Positions 7,990 to 16,399 of a stretch of DNA of 64,000 nt are shown here, piece after piece; within the stretch, counting starts at the first letter, position 1, and every line of letters begins with the position of its first letter. Under the pieces are notes generated by a model. It was given only the letters and a program-made list of their open reading frames with translations. It ran no database searches and was not told the DNA's origin. The translations under genes and the position numbers were made by a program. The DNA comes from Gemmatimonas sp. (GTDB lineage: Bacteria; Gemmatimonadota; Gemmatimonadetes; Gemmatimonadales; Gemmatimonadaceae): contig JANNVQ010000030.1 in the NCBI GenBank assembly GCA_031414535.1, positions 1-64,000 on the forward strand, in the 5' to 3' direction.

Positions 7990-10203
7990 ATGCCTCGTCA
8001 TCTTGCCCGCTTCCTCGTGCTCGTCGCCGCCATCTCCAGCAGCGCGGGAGCTCAGCAGGAGGTACTGGAACCTGACAGCGGCACTCGCCGGCGACTCACG
8101 GCGCGGCGTGCGGCGGAGCCCATCACGCTCGACGGCCGCCTCGTCGAACCGGACTGGCAGCGCGCGCCGATCGCCTCGCAGTTCGTGAAGGTCCGCCCAG
8201 ACTACGAGCTGACGACGCGGTACCCCAGCGAAGTGCGCGTGCTGTTCGACGACGACAACCTGTACATCGGCGCGTTCAACCGCGACAGCGCCGGACTCAG
8301 CTCGTTGCGGATGCCGGATCTGCGTCGCGACTTCAGCCCGATGGAAAGCGACGTGTTCGCCGTGACCTTCGGGCCGCTTGGCGACGGACGCACCGCGTTT
8401 CAGCTGCAGGTCACGCCGCTCGGCTCGCAGGCCGATGTGCAGGCCTTCGACGGCGGCGCGAGCTTCAGCTTTAGCTGGGATGCCATGTGGCGCACGCGGA
8501 CGACGCGTTCGGATTCCGGCTGGGTGGCGGAGATCGCAATCCCGTGGACGTCCATCCGTTACGCCAAGGGACTCGAGTCTTGGGACATCAACTTCGTGCG
8601 CAACACTCGCCGAGCTGCGCAGTGGAGTGCCTGGGTGCCCTACCCGAGACAGTTCTCCTCGTGGCGGCTCACGTACTCGGGCCTGCTTGATTCGATTACA
8701 CCGCCTCCACCGCGCGCCAATTTGCGCTCGCGTCTCTACGGGCTCACGGAGAGCCGTCGCAGCAGTGCGGTAGGCGGATTCAATGGCAGCACAGGCGACG
8801 TCGGTGGCGAACTGATCTGGGCGCCCAGCGCCAACAGTTTGTTTGAAGCCACCGTCAACACCGACTTTGCACAAGCCGATGTGGACCGCCAAGTCGTGAA
8901 CCTGACGCGCTTCAGTGTGTTCTTTCCCGAACAGCGTCAGTTCTTCCTCGAGAATGCTGACCTTCTCACTGCGTCCAGCGCCGGTACCGCGCGACCGACG
9001 GGCGGCACGGCCAATCCCTTCGTGGTGCAACCGTTCTTCTCGCGGCGCATCGGATTGGGAGTAGATGGCACCCCCCGCCCGATTGTTGGCGGTGCGCGCT
9101 ACGGGTTTCGCACCGGGCGCACAGCCGTCGGTGCGTTGGCGATGCGGCAAGGCGGCATCGGCGCCACCGAGATGGACGCGTCTGACTTTGGTGTAGCACG
9201 AGCGAGTCAGTTCTTTGGGCGTTCCACGCGCGTCGGCGGGTTGGTGGCCTACCGCGATGGCTCGCGCGGCGGCGCAGGCACCAATGTGGTGTCGGCGGTG
9301 GACATGCTCACGCGATTCGGCGAGCAGGTGCAGTTAAGCGCGATGGTTTCCAGCTCATCGCAGAACGCAGAGACGGGCACCGCGGCGACTTGGGCGCTCA
9401 GCCGACGTACGCCGAGTTCGAGCCTCGGGCTTGCCGGCGCCTACGTGAACGATCGGTATTCGCCGAGCACGGGCTTCGTCTCGCGTCCGAACGTCATCAT
9501 GACCAGCCCGACGGCGGACATCACCCTCCAGCCAGCATGGCGACCCGCAAAACTGGTCTGGATTCGGCCCGAGCTGTTCACGCTGTTCTTCCACGATCCG
9601 GCCAGCAAGGCGCTGCAGGAAGCGCGCCTTCTATTGAACGCCGAGTTCCTTGGTGTAACCGGCGGCTCATTCACGCCATTCGTGGAGCACAACTTGCAGC
9701 GGCCCGTGAACAACGTGGCCCTGTTGCCCGGGGTGACGATTGCTCCAGGCGCGTACGACTACTCACGCTTTGGGGTGGACGTGAGCTCCGACCAGAGCGC
9801 GCAGATTGCACTCTCAACGCGAGTCTCGGCTGGCGGGTTCTTTGACGGAACGCAGGAGCAGGCCACGGTATCGGGACGTTGGTCGCCGAATCCGTACGTA
9901 TCAGTGCGTGCGTCGTATGAGATCAACCGCTTGCAGAGCCTCGGCACTGGGGACACATCGCTGGTGACGCATCTCGTGGGTCCGGAACTGCGCGCAAGTT
10001 TGAGTCCGCGCGTGCACTGGAGCGCGTTCTATCAGTACAACACGGTGCAGAAGAGTGGTGCGCTGAACGCGCGCTTCAGTTGGGAGTTCGCACCGCTGTC
10101 GTTCTTCTACATCGTCTACAACGATGGCCAGCCCATTCTCGATGGGCTGATGCCAAGATCGCGGTCGTTGATTGTGAAGCTGAGCTGGCTCAAGCAGCTG
10201 TAG
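7990..10203 (+). CDS. CBM9-like/DUF5916 outer-membrane protein
   Basis: ITLDGRLVEPDW; GWVAEIAIPWTSIRY; TVNTDFAQADVDRQVVNLTRFSVFFPEQRQFFLE. Confidence 0.8.
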   Translation: MPRHLARFLVLVAAISSSAGAQQEVLEPDSGTRRRLTARRAAEPITLDGRLVEPDWQRAPIASQFVKVRPDYELTTRYPSEVRVLFDDDNLYIGAFNRDSAGLSSLRMPDLRRDFSPMESDVFAVTFGPLGDGRTAFQLQVTPLGSQADVQAFDGGASFSFSWDAMWRTRTTRSDSGWVAEIAIPWTSIRYAKGLESWDINFVRNTRRAAQWSAWVPYPRQFSSWRLTYSGLLDSITPPPPRANLRSRLYGLTESRRSSAVGGFNGSTGDVGGELIWAPSANSLFEATVNTDFAQADVDRQVVNLTRFSVFFPEQRQFFLENADLLTASSAGTARPTGGTANPFVVQPFFSRRIGLGVDGTPRPIVGGARYGFRTGRTAVGALAMRQGGIGATEMDASDFGVARASQFFGRSTRVGGLVAYRDGSRGGAGTNVVSAVDMLTRFGEQVQLSAMVSSSSQNAETGTAATWALSRRTPSSSLGLAGAYVNDRYSPSTGFVSRPNVIMTSPTADITLQPAWRPAKLVWIRPELFTLFFHDPASKALQEARLLLNAEFLGVTGGSFTPFVEHNLQRPVNNVALLPGVTIAPGAYDYSRFGVDVSSDQSAQIALSTRVSAGGFFDGTQEQATVSGRWSPNPYVSVRASYEINRLQSLGTGDTSLVTHLVGPELRASLSPRVHWSAFYQYNTVQKSGALNARFSWEFAPLSFFYIVYNDGQPILDGLMPRSRSLIVKLSWLKQL

Positions 10204-10225
10204 AGAATCTGCAACGCTGCCGCCG

Positions 10226-10744
10226 CTAGAGCAGCCCATCAATCGGCAGCGTGCCCGCGGCGCCTTGGCTACCCTCCTGCATGCGCCGGTGATAGTCAAT
10301 CTGCCCAAGATGATATCCGAGATGCGCCGCGAGGTGCACAAGGAACCGCGACGTGCGGACTCTGTGCCCGGCCACAGGCTCGGGGAACTCTGCGCCGAGC
10401 GTATCATCGTCGAGAGTTAGCAGCGCCGCATCTACGGCGACTCGTGCGGCTTGCAGCTCCAACACCACCGCCGCGCGAGACATTGGTGGCTCGGCGCGCG
10501 GCGTGAATTCCTCGGCGCGATTGCGGGTGTACGTCGCTGCTCCCAACCGTACACCGATGAAGTGATGGAGATTCCCCGCCAAGTGACGCGCGAGGATTCC
10601 GCCGGAATTGCTGAGGCCGGGGACGGCGCGCCAGAGCGATGCATCGTCGGTGTAGGCCTCGACTTCACGGATGGTTGAGTCAATATCGCGCAGGATGACT
10701 GTGCGAATCGAGTCCAGAAGTAGTGCGGCTTGGTTGTCGCTCAT
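10226..10744 (-). CDS. DinB/DUF1572 family protein
   Basis: NSGGILARHLAGNLHHFIG...HLAAHLGYHLGQI. Confidence 0.85.
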   Translation of the reverse strand: MSDNQAALLLDSIRTVILRDIDSTIREVEAYTDDASLWRAVPGLSNSGGILARHLAGNLHHFIGVRLGAATYTRNRAEEFTPRAEPPMSRAAVVLELQAARVAVDAALLTLDDDTLGAEFPEPVAGHRVRTSRFLVHLAAHLGYHLGQIDYHRRMQEGSQGAAGTLPIDGLL

Positions 10745-10761
10745 GTGAGTGGACCGGTCGT

Positions 10762-12318
10762 TTACTGGAAGCTCCGCCGCGCCGGCGCGCAGACCAGCCA
10801 GTTGCGCGGATTACCCTGCGCGTTTGGCGGTAGCACGGAACGGTCACGCGGCACGCGCACCGGATCTTCTGACGCGAGGTAGGCCATCATCGCGGCGAGC
10901 GTTGCGTTGTTCTTCAGATCATCGATGATGATTTTGTCGTAGGTGTCGCGGTTGGTGTGCCAGGTGTACTGACGGTAGTCCGAATAGTGCGACTGCAACC
11001 GGAATCCTGGTGCGCCGCTGCAGAGGAACGACACGTGGTCACTGCCGCCGGTTTCCTGCGGCCCGGGCAGGTCGAGCTTGATGTGTTCCGAGATCTCGGT
11101 GGGCAGCGCCGCGACCCATTTGGCGAGGTTCGCACTCGCGCCGAGCAGTCCCTGCGCTTGGATGTAGTCAACGCGCCACGTGCCGTTGTCTTGGTTGAAC
11201 AGCGCTTGCAGGTTCTCGACCACGTCGGGATGATCCTCGGTGAAGGCGCGCGACCCGACAAGGCCCAGTTCTTCGCCGCCCCAGTGACCTACGAGGATCG
11301 TGCGGCGTGGGTTGGGATACGTCGCCTTCAGAATTCGCATCGCCTCCAGCATGGTGATTGTGCCGGTGCCGTTGTCCGTGGCGCCGGTGGCGGCGTGCCA
11401 AGAGTCGAGGTGCGCGGAGAGGATCACGTACTCGTTGGGGAGTTCGCTGCCGCGCATTTCCGCAATCACGTTGAACATCGGCGTCGTGCCAGTGCCGCTC
11501 GTCTGCGCGTTGATGCGAATGCGCGGTCCCTGCCGGTTGGTGGCCAGGCGATGCAACAACCCGTAGTCCTCGCAGGACAGGTCGAGTGAGACCGCCGTGT
11601 TGGTGGATGCGCCGAAGATCTTGTTGGTGCCCCAGGCCTGCGACCAGCTCAGCGTGAGTACAGCGGCAGCTCCGGCTGCTTCGAGGCGCATAGCCAAGTT
11701 GCCACCGATCAACTGCGCGCTGTTTCGCGACGCCGCTTGTGCCGCGCGCCGCGACTCATTCAACGCCGTGACGGTCTGCGGGCGCGCCAGCCGCTCCAGT
11801 GACTGCGGTTCACGGCAGGTCGGCTCGACGGGGCTTGCGAGCACCGCCTTGCCACGGATGGTGGCCATCCACTGCGTGGCTTCCTCCGCCGTCGTGAACG
11901 CAGGCATCGTCACCACGTCGGCATCGATTGCACGCGCCGTGCCGGGGCTCCACGCGAGAATCTCCGCTTCGAGCGTCTGAACGCGCGGCGCAATCATGTC
12001 CACGTGCACTGCGCCCTGCTGCCATGCGCGCCAGGTGCCGTACTGCTCGCGGCGCGCCGTGACACCGAGTTCGCGGTACACGCGCTCAAGCCAGGTGCCG
12101 GCCGCGTTGAATCCGGGCGAGCCCGAGAGTCGTGGACCAATGGAGTCCATCAGCACCTGCGCGAATTGGGCGGCGCGCGACTGCTCCATTCCTTGCGTCC
12201 ACATCTGGCGCAGCACGGGGTCGTTCGTCCGGAACGTCTGTGAGGACGCGACTTGAGCGCTAGCGCTCAGTGCGAGCGTGCCGATGGTGGTGGCGCGAAG
12301 CAGCGGGGCGAATTTCAT
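10762..12318 (-). CDS. M28 family peptidase
   Basis: AHLDSW, ATDNGTG, WGGEELGL, GSDH, WHTNRD; signal peptide from MKFAP. Confidence 0.9.
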   Translation of the reverse strand: MKFAPLLRATTIGTLALSASAQVASSQTFRTNDPVLRQMWTQGMEQSRAAQFAQVLMDSIGPRLSGSPGFNAAGTWLERVYRELGVTARREQYGTWRAWQQGAVHVDMIAPRVQTLEAEILAWSPGTARAIDADVVTMPAFTTAEEATQWMATIRGKAVLASPVEPTCREPQSLERLARPQTVTALNESRRAAQAASRNSAQLIGGNLAMRLEAAGAAAVLTLSWSQAWGTNKIFGASTNTAVSLDLSCEDYGLLHRLATNRQGPRIRINAQTSGTGTTPMFNVIAEMRGSELPNEYVILSAHLDSWHAATGATDNGTGTITMLEAMRILKATYPNPRRTILVGHWGGEELGLVGSRAFTEDHPDVVENLQALFNQDNGTWRVDYIQAQGLLGASANLAKWVAALPTEISEHIKLDLPGPQETGGSDHVSFLCSGAPGFRLQSHYSDYRQYTWHTNRDTYDKIIIDDLKNNATLAAMMAYLASEDPVRVPRDRSVLPPNAQGNPRNWLVCAPARRSFQ

Positions 12319-12471
12319 AACTCCTCGGAATGACTTACCTGTACGACAGCGGAGCGTCGCAAAGGGCGACGAACATTCGTCGAGTATAGTGCGCGATGGC
12401 CGACTCTGCGAGACCAACGGCGCCACGAGAACGCGCGTACCGGCCACCGCGCATTCAACGCCGACCTCAAC

Positions 12472-12536
12472 GATGCAGTTGTGGGGCGGCCGAGTTATTG
12501 TACATGGGCCGCACGAGCCGCCGCCCCACAACAGCA
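12472..12536 (+). repeat. attC central-stem remnant
   Basis: GATGCAGTTGTGGGGCGGC...GCCGCCCCACAACAGCA matches the cores of the 1391 and 6820 sites; R boxes are lost. Confidence 0.7.
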
Positions 12537-12563
12537 GGCTCTTGACCCATTCGAGGAGGCGTC

Positions 12564-12905
12564 ATGAACGCATCTGCCCTGCCGGACGAGACCCTTGTGG
12601 ACGTCCTCGAGGCGCGAGCGCGGCGCACGCCGTTTGACCGCTTGGTCATCGATCTCGTCGGAGGCCTGCTCGTCGGGGCCGTCGCTATCTGGGCGCGGCC
12701 ACTCGGCTGGTTTCCACTTGCCGCGGCCTCCGCGTGCTTCGCCTTCTACGGTGCCTGGGCACTAGCCGAACGCCACCTGCGCGACAACCATCCGCACGCC
12801 GCGTGGCGCTCGCTCGCTCGCGTGGCCGGCTGGCTGGGCTTGGCCGCGTTCGTCCTCCTGCTCTTCGCCCTCCTCGGCGTTGCACTCGGGCCGATCAAGT
12901 CCTAG
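12564..12905 (+). CDS. Hypothetical membrane protein
   Basis: Strong RBS GAGGAGG; three hydrophobic segments; lies between attC remnants. Confidence 0.65.
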   Translation: MNASALPDETLVDVLEARARRTPFDRLVIDLVGGLLVGAVAIWARPLGWFPLAAASACFAFYGAWALAERHLRDNHPHAAWRSLARVAGWLGLAAFVLLLFALLGVALGPIKS

Positions 12906-12935
12906 GACATCGCCCCCGGAGCAACAGGATCGGTT

Positions 12936-13004
12936 GGACAGCCTAGCGGGCCGCCGCACTACTGCTTCTTATTGAACCGTCCACGGCAGCAGCAAGCGTG
13001 AGGC
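12936..13004 (+). repeat. Degenerate attC right arm
   Basis: GGACAGCCTAGCGGGCCGCCGCACTACTGCTTCTTATTGAACCGTCCACGGCAGCAGCAAGC-GTGAGGC. Confidence 0.65.
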
Positions 13005-13027
13005 CGATACTTAACTGGAGGTGCCCG

Positions 13028-13447
13028 TTGAAGAGGCAGCTGGTTCCGTTCATCTTAGGCCTCGTGTTCATCGCCGGTGCGATTGCAATCAACATGCAGC
13101 AGCGCGCCCTTCAGCGCGACGACATCCGTGATATTGCGGGCCTCCGCGCTGAACTTGACTCCGTCCGTGCCATGCATGCGCGCGCGAGTACTGCTGCTGA
13201 CTCGGCGAGCCTGGCCGAGACTGTTGCTCGGCGTACGTATCTACTCGGGCGACGCGAGTTCCATGTGGCGCCTCGCCAAGAAGCCATCGACGGCTGGTGG
13301 ACACTTACCGGCCCAGGGATCGCCTTCAGCGCCGTCGGAGTGCTCTTCCTCGCCGTCGCCGTCGTCTCCGGCCGTCGCGGGCGGGCCAGCGCGATTCATG
13401 CTGGAATCGCCGCGCCAAGCTGTCGCTCGAGGGACTGCGGCCGCTGA
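13028..13447 (+). CDS. Hypothetical protein with two TM segments
   Basis: GGAGG before TTG13028; N- and C-terminal hydrophobic helices. Confidence 0.5.
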   Translation: MKRQLVPFILGLVFIAGAIAINMQQRALQRDDIRDIAGLRAELDSVRAMHARASTAADSASLAETVARRTYLLGRREFHVAPRQEAIDGWWTLTGPGIAFSAVGVLFLAVAVVSGRRGRASAIHAGIAAPSCRSRDCGR

Positions 13448-13578
13448 TTGCCCGAGAGCCGAGCGAGATGGCGATCGCCGACGGCGTCGCGGTCATCAAC
13501 GGCACGAGCCGTGACGGCGGCCCTGCGTGTGCCAGCGTTCCGTTGCTCGGGACCGGTTGGAGTCTTTTGCCTCGCAGG

Positions 13579-13713
13579 GGATAGCGGAGGTTGGTGCAGG
13601 TGGCCGCCAATCAGGATGCGGCTGTGGGGCGCTGGAGATATTCTAGGAGTCGTCCTGCGGCCGCTTTCTAACTTTGTCTATTAATGGGTCCCCAGCAGTA
13701 GCAAGCGTTAAGC
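13579..13713 (+). repeat. Degenerate full-length attC
   Basis: GGATAGC...AGGATGCGGCTGTGGGGCG...CCTGCGGCCGC...CAGCAGTAGCAAGC-GTTAAGC; 135 bp. Confidence 0.75.
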
Positions 13714-13758
13714 CGCACAACCTCGGCAATCAGCGAGGCCGGCCGACAGCAGGCCCGT

Positions 13759-14433
13759 GTGCTCTGCTTTCCGGAATGCTTCATCCCTTGGTATCGGTGG
13801 CCGGATACGATGCTCCCCGCGCCCGACCCGGTGTTCCAAGCTCAGGCATGGGCCACGGTGGCCGATGCAGCCAAGGTAGCCGAGGTAGCCAAGGTAGCGG
13901 AAGTAGCCGCAGTCACCGTACTTCTCGGCACGGAACGTCTCACCGAGCGCGGCCTGCAAATTGCGGCGTGCGTGATCAATGCAGATGGCACCATCGCGGG
14001 CTGGCAACACAAAGGGCAGCTCGATCCGGATGAGGAACTGCAGTATCCCACGTTCGGTGCGGACCGTCGCGTGTTCACGGCGCGCTCCCTGACCTTCGGG
14101 GTCGTGATCTGCCTTGAGGGGTGGCGATATCCCGAGACGGTGCGGTGGGCGGTGCGGCGTGGCGCGCAGGTCGTGCTTCATCCTCACGCAAGTCGGGCTG
14201 AACTAGGCGGCTATCGCCCTCTGATGTTTGCCGATCCGGCGAACTCGTTTCACGAGAAGCCGATTCTGTGTCGGGCCGCAGAGAACACGTGCGACTTTGC
14301 ATCCGTCAACTGTGCGAGCGACGGCTCCGGCACGACATCGGCCGTCGCACGGCCGGACGGGTCACTGCAGTGCGTGCAGCCCCATGGGCTCGCCGGCCTC
14401 TTGGCGGCGCGGTGTCGGACGTCGCCTTTGTAA
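13759..14433 (+). pseudogene. Carbon-nitrogen hydrolase (nitrilase family), truncated
   Basis: CFPE, QHKGQL and ICLEGWRYPE (E-K-C triad); N-terminal strand appears missing; contains a 9-bp repeat insertion. Confidence 0.7.
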
Positions 14434-14462
14434 CTCGTGCTCAGGCGGCTCTCGTGCCAGCG

Positions 14463-14500
14463 GCCTAACCATGCGTTGCTGCTGTAGGTCGGGTAGATCA
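14463..14500 (+). repeat. attC left arm remnant
   Basis: GCCTAAC-CATGCGTTGCTGCTG; GCGGCCTAAC complements GTTAAGCCGC at 13707 (9/10). Confidence 0.65.
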
Positions 14501-14524
14501 CGCGGCGGGTGGTGGCAGTGAGGT

Positions 14525-14905
14525 TCGGAACAGCCATTCTCAACGCTCGCCGCGTCCACGGCAACGGCCCGCGAGATGTGCACGGATTGACCGAGGCGAT
14601 CCCAGCCGGCCTGCACGTCCTGATGCGCGGCGACGGCGCTGCCGCAGGGCATCTTGAAATTAATCTTCTCCTTGAACGCGACCCGTCGGCCCGCCGAGCA
14701 ACTGTCCCGCCAGCCCGCGCGCTCAATCGGTGTTGAAGAGCTGATGGAAGCGCTCGTGATGCGGAGAGAACTTTTTCATCCGATTCGAGATGCGTGCGCC
14801 ATCCATTCTCGGATGGCTTGATCCGTCTGCGGGCCGACAACCTGAGCACGAGGATGCCGTCACGGTCCCAAGCCTTGAGATGGGCGTCAGAGAGCGTCTG
14901 CAAAC
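14525..14905 (-). pseudogene. Phytanoyl-CoA dioxygenase (PhyH) family fragment
   Basis: Pieces in different frames: LSDAHLKAWDRDGILVLR; KFSPHHERFHQLF; FKEKINFKMPCGSAVAAHQDVQAGW...AVDAASVENGC. Confidence 0.7.
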
Positions 14906-14982
14906 AGAAATGGAAACTGTGGAAAATCGGCAAGGAACTTCAATCGTGATCGGTCGAGAATCAGGTGCACGTACCGCGCAAG

Positions 14983-15117
14983 CGCTGACCACGCGAGGGC
15001 AAAGCCCACCGTCCGGATGACGTGGTGAGCCCGCCGCCTTGTGCGTGCGCGCAGGCCTAGCGGCCGCCCCACCACTACTTTCTATTGAACCGCCGACAGC
15101 TCAAGCGAAGGTTATTC
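14983..15117 (+). repeat. Degenerate attC
   Basis: CGCTGAC...GGATG...CCTAGCGGCCGCCCCACCACTACTTTCTATTGAACCG...GTTATTC; 135 bp. Confidence 0.65.
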
Positions 15118-15127
15118 GTACTTGCGC

Positions 15128-15169
15128 GTACCTGGGTGTACCTGGGTGTACCTGGTGTACCTGGGTGTA
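15128..15169. repeat. Tandem repeat (GTACCTGGGT)x4
   Basis: Three exact 10-mers plus one 9-mer. Confidence 0.95.
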
Positions 15170-15196
15170 ACTGCGCGCACCAACTTCTGAACAGTC

Positions 15197-15721
15197 TTGA
15201 TGACGCCTATCATCCGGCGCGCGACCGACGCTGACGCTGCAAATCTCGCGGAACTCGCGGCCCGCACATTTCGCGACACCTTCGGCGCGGACAATCGGCC
15301 CGAAGATCTGGATATGCACGTGGCGACAGCCTACGGGACGGTGCAACAAGCACGAGAGCTTGCCGACCCGACCATCTACACGCTCGTCGCTGATCAGGCC
15401 GGGACGCTTGTCGCCTTTGCACAGTTGCGCACCGGCGACGCGCCGGACTGCGTCATGGGTAGCGCGCCAATTGAACTCTCACGGTTCTACCTCGCGGCCG
15501 AATGGCATGGGCGCGGCCTCGCGCAAACCCTCATGGACCAGGTCATTGACACCGCCCGAGGCGCTGGCGCTGCGACGCTCTGGCTCGGTGTGTGGGAGCG
15601 GAATCCGCGGGCCATCGCCTTCTATCGGAAGGCTGGCTACCTCGACGTCGGCGCCCACGTGTTCATTGTCGGCACTGATCCGCAGACCGACCGGATTCTC
15701 GTCAGGTCGCTCGCACCCTAA
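15197..15721 (+). CDS. GNAT acetyltransferase (PaiA-like)
   Basis: IELSRFYL...HGRGLAQTLM...LWLGVWERNPRAIAFYRKAGY. Confidence 0.9.
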   Translation: MMTPIIRRATDADAANLAELAARTFRDTFGADNRPEDLDMHVATAYGTVQQARELADPTIYTLVADQAGTLVAFAQLRTGDAPDCVMGSAPIELSRFYLAAEWHGRGLAQTLMDQVIDTARGAGAATLWLGVWERNPRAIAFYRKAGYLDVGAHVFIVGTDPQTDRILVRSLAP

Positions 15722-15727
15722 GGCCCC

Positions 15728-15799
15728 ACATCACGACGCTAGCGCACGCTCCATCACCGCTGTCTATTGAAGCCTTCATCTCACCAACACACGGTCTCG
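15728..15799 (+). repeat. Highly degraded attC-like remnant
   Basis: ACATCAC-GACGCTAGC...CTATTGAAGC...ACAC-GGT echoes both arms. Confidence 0.4.
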
Positions 15800-15803
15800 A
15801 GTC

Positions 15804-16334
15804 GTGACTGATTCCACACCGCTCGTCGAGCTACTCGCGTCGCCAGTTTCATCGGAGGACGTGGAAGCGCTCGCAGGCCTCCTCATCGCGGCCGTTGACG
15901 GCGGTGCCGCTGTCAGCTTTCTGTTTCCCTTGCCGCTGACAGATGCCATCGCGTGGTGGCAGCGCGCATTGGACACTCTGCCGCCGCGCGGAGTGGTCCT
16001 AGTTGCCCGCGAGCGAGGCCAAATCGTTGGCACCGTCACCATGCAGCCATCGTGGGCGCCAAATCAATCGCATCGGGCGGACGTCGCCAAACTCCTCATG
16101 CATCCCGATTGTCAGCGACGCGGCGTCGGAGCGCTCCTAATGCAAACGCTTGAGGCACACGCCCTCGCAGCCGGTCTGACACTCCTCACGTTGGATGCGA
16201 AGGCAGGAACTGCCGCTGAGCGCCTCTACCGGCGCCTCGGCTGGACTGTCGCGGGCACCATCCCGCAGTTCGCTCGCAATCCAGATGGATCTTGGCACGA
16301 TGCGGTCGTGATGTATAAGTCCCTCGGCGACTAG
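15804..16334 (+). CDS. GNAT acetyltransferase (Ttr-like)
   Basis: AVDGGAAVSFL...PNQSHRADVAKLLMHP..QRRGVG...AERLYRRLGW. Confidence 0.9.
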   Translation: MTDSTPLVELLASPVSSEDVEALAGLLIAAVDGGAAVSFLFPLPLTDAIAWWQRALDTLPPRGVVLVARERGQIVGTVTMQPSWAPNQSHRADVAKLLMHPDCQRRGVGALLMQTLEAHALAAGLTLLTLDAKAGTAAERLYRRLGWTVAGTIPQFARNPDGSWHDAVVMYKSLGD

Positions 16335-16399
16335 CGGGCAGTGGGTGACGCTGAGGAGGTCATCCCGATACCTCCTTTCACCTCAGGATAGGTTGCATC

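Larger units (their letters stand above)
1..15799 (+). mobile_element. Integron gene cassette array (attC array, no intI visible in window), decaying rightwards
   Basis: More than 10 related repeats of form RYYYAAC-N-GCTTGCTG...CAGCAGAAGC-N4-GTT. Stop codons of upstream ORFs fall in the TAAC core. Left and right ends of individual cassettes are reverse-complementary. Confidence 0.88.

Noticed and set aside
1..15799. Repeats as a CRISPR array or REP elements
   Set aside because: The units are long, divergent and separated by whole genes, show R/L box structure, and no cas genes are present.
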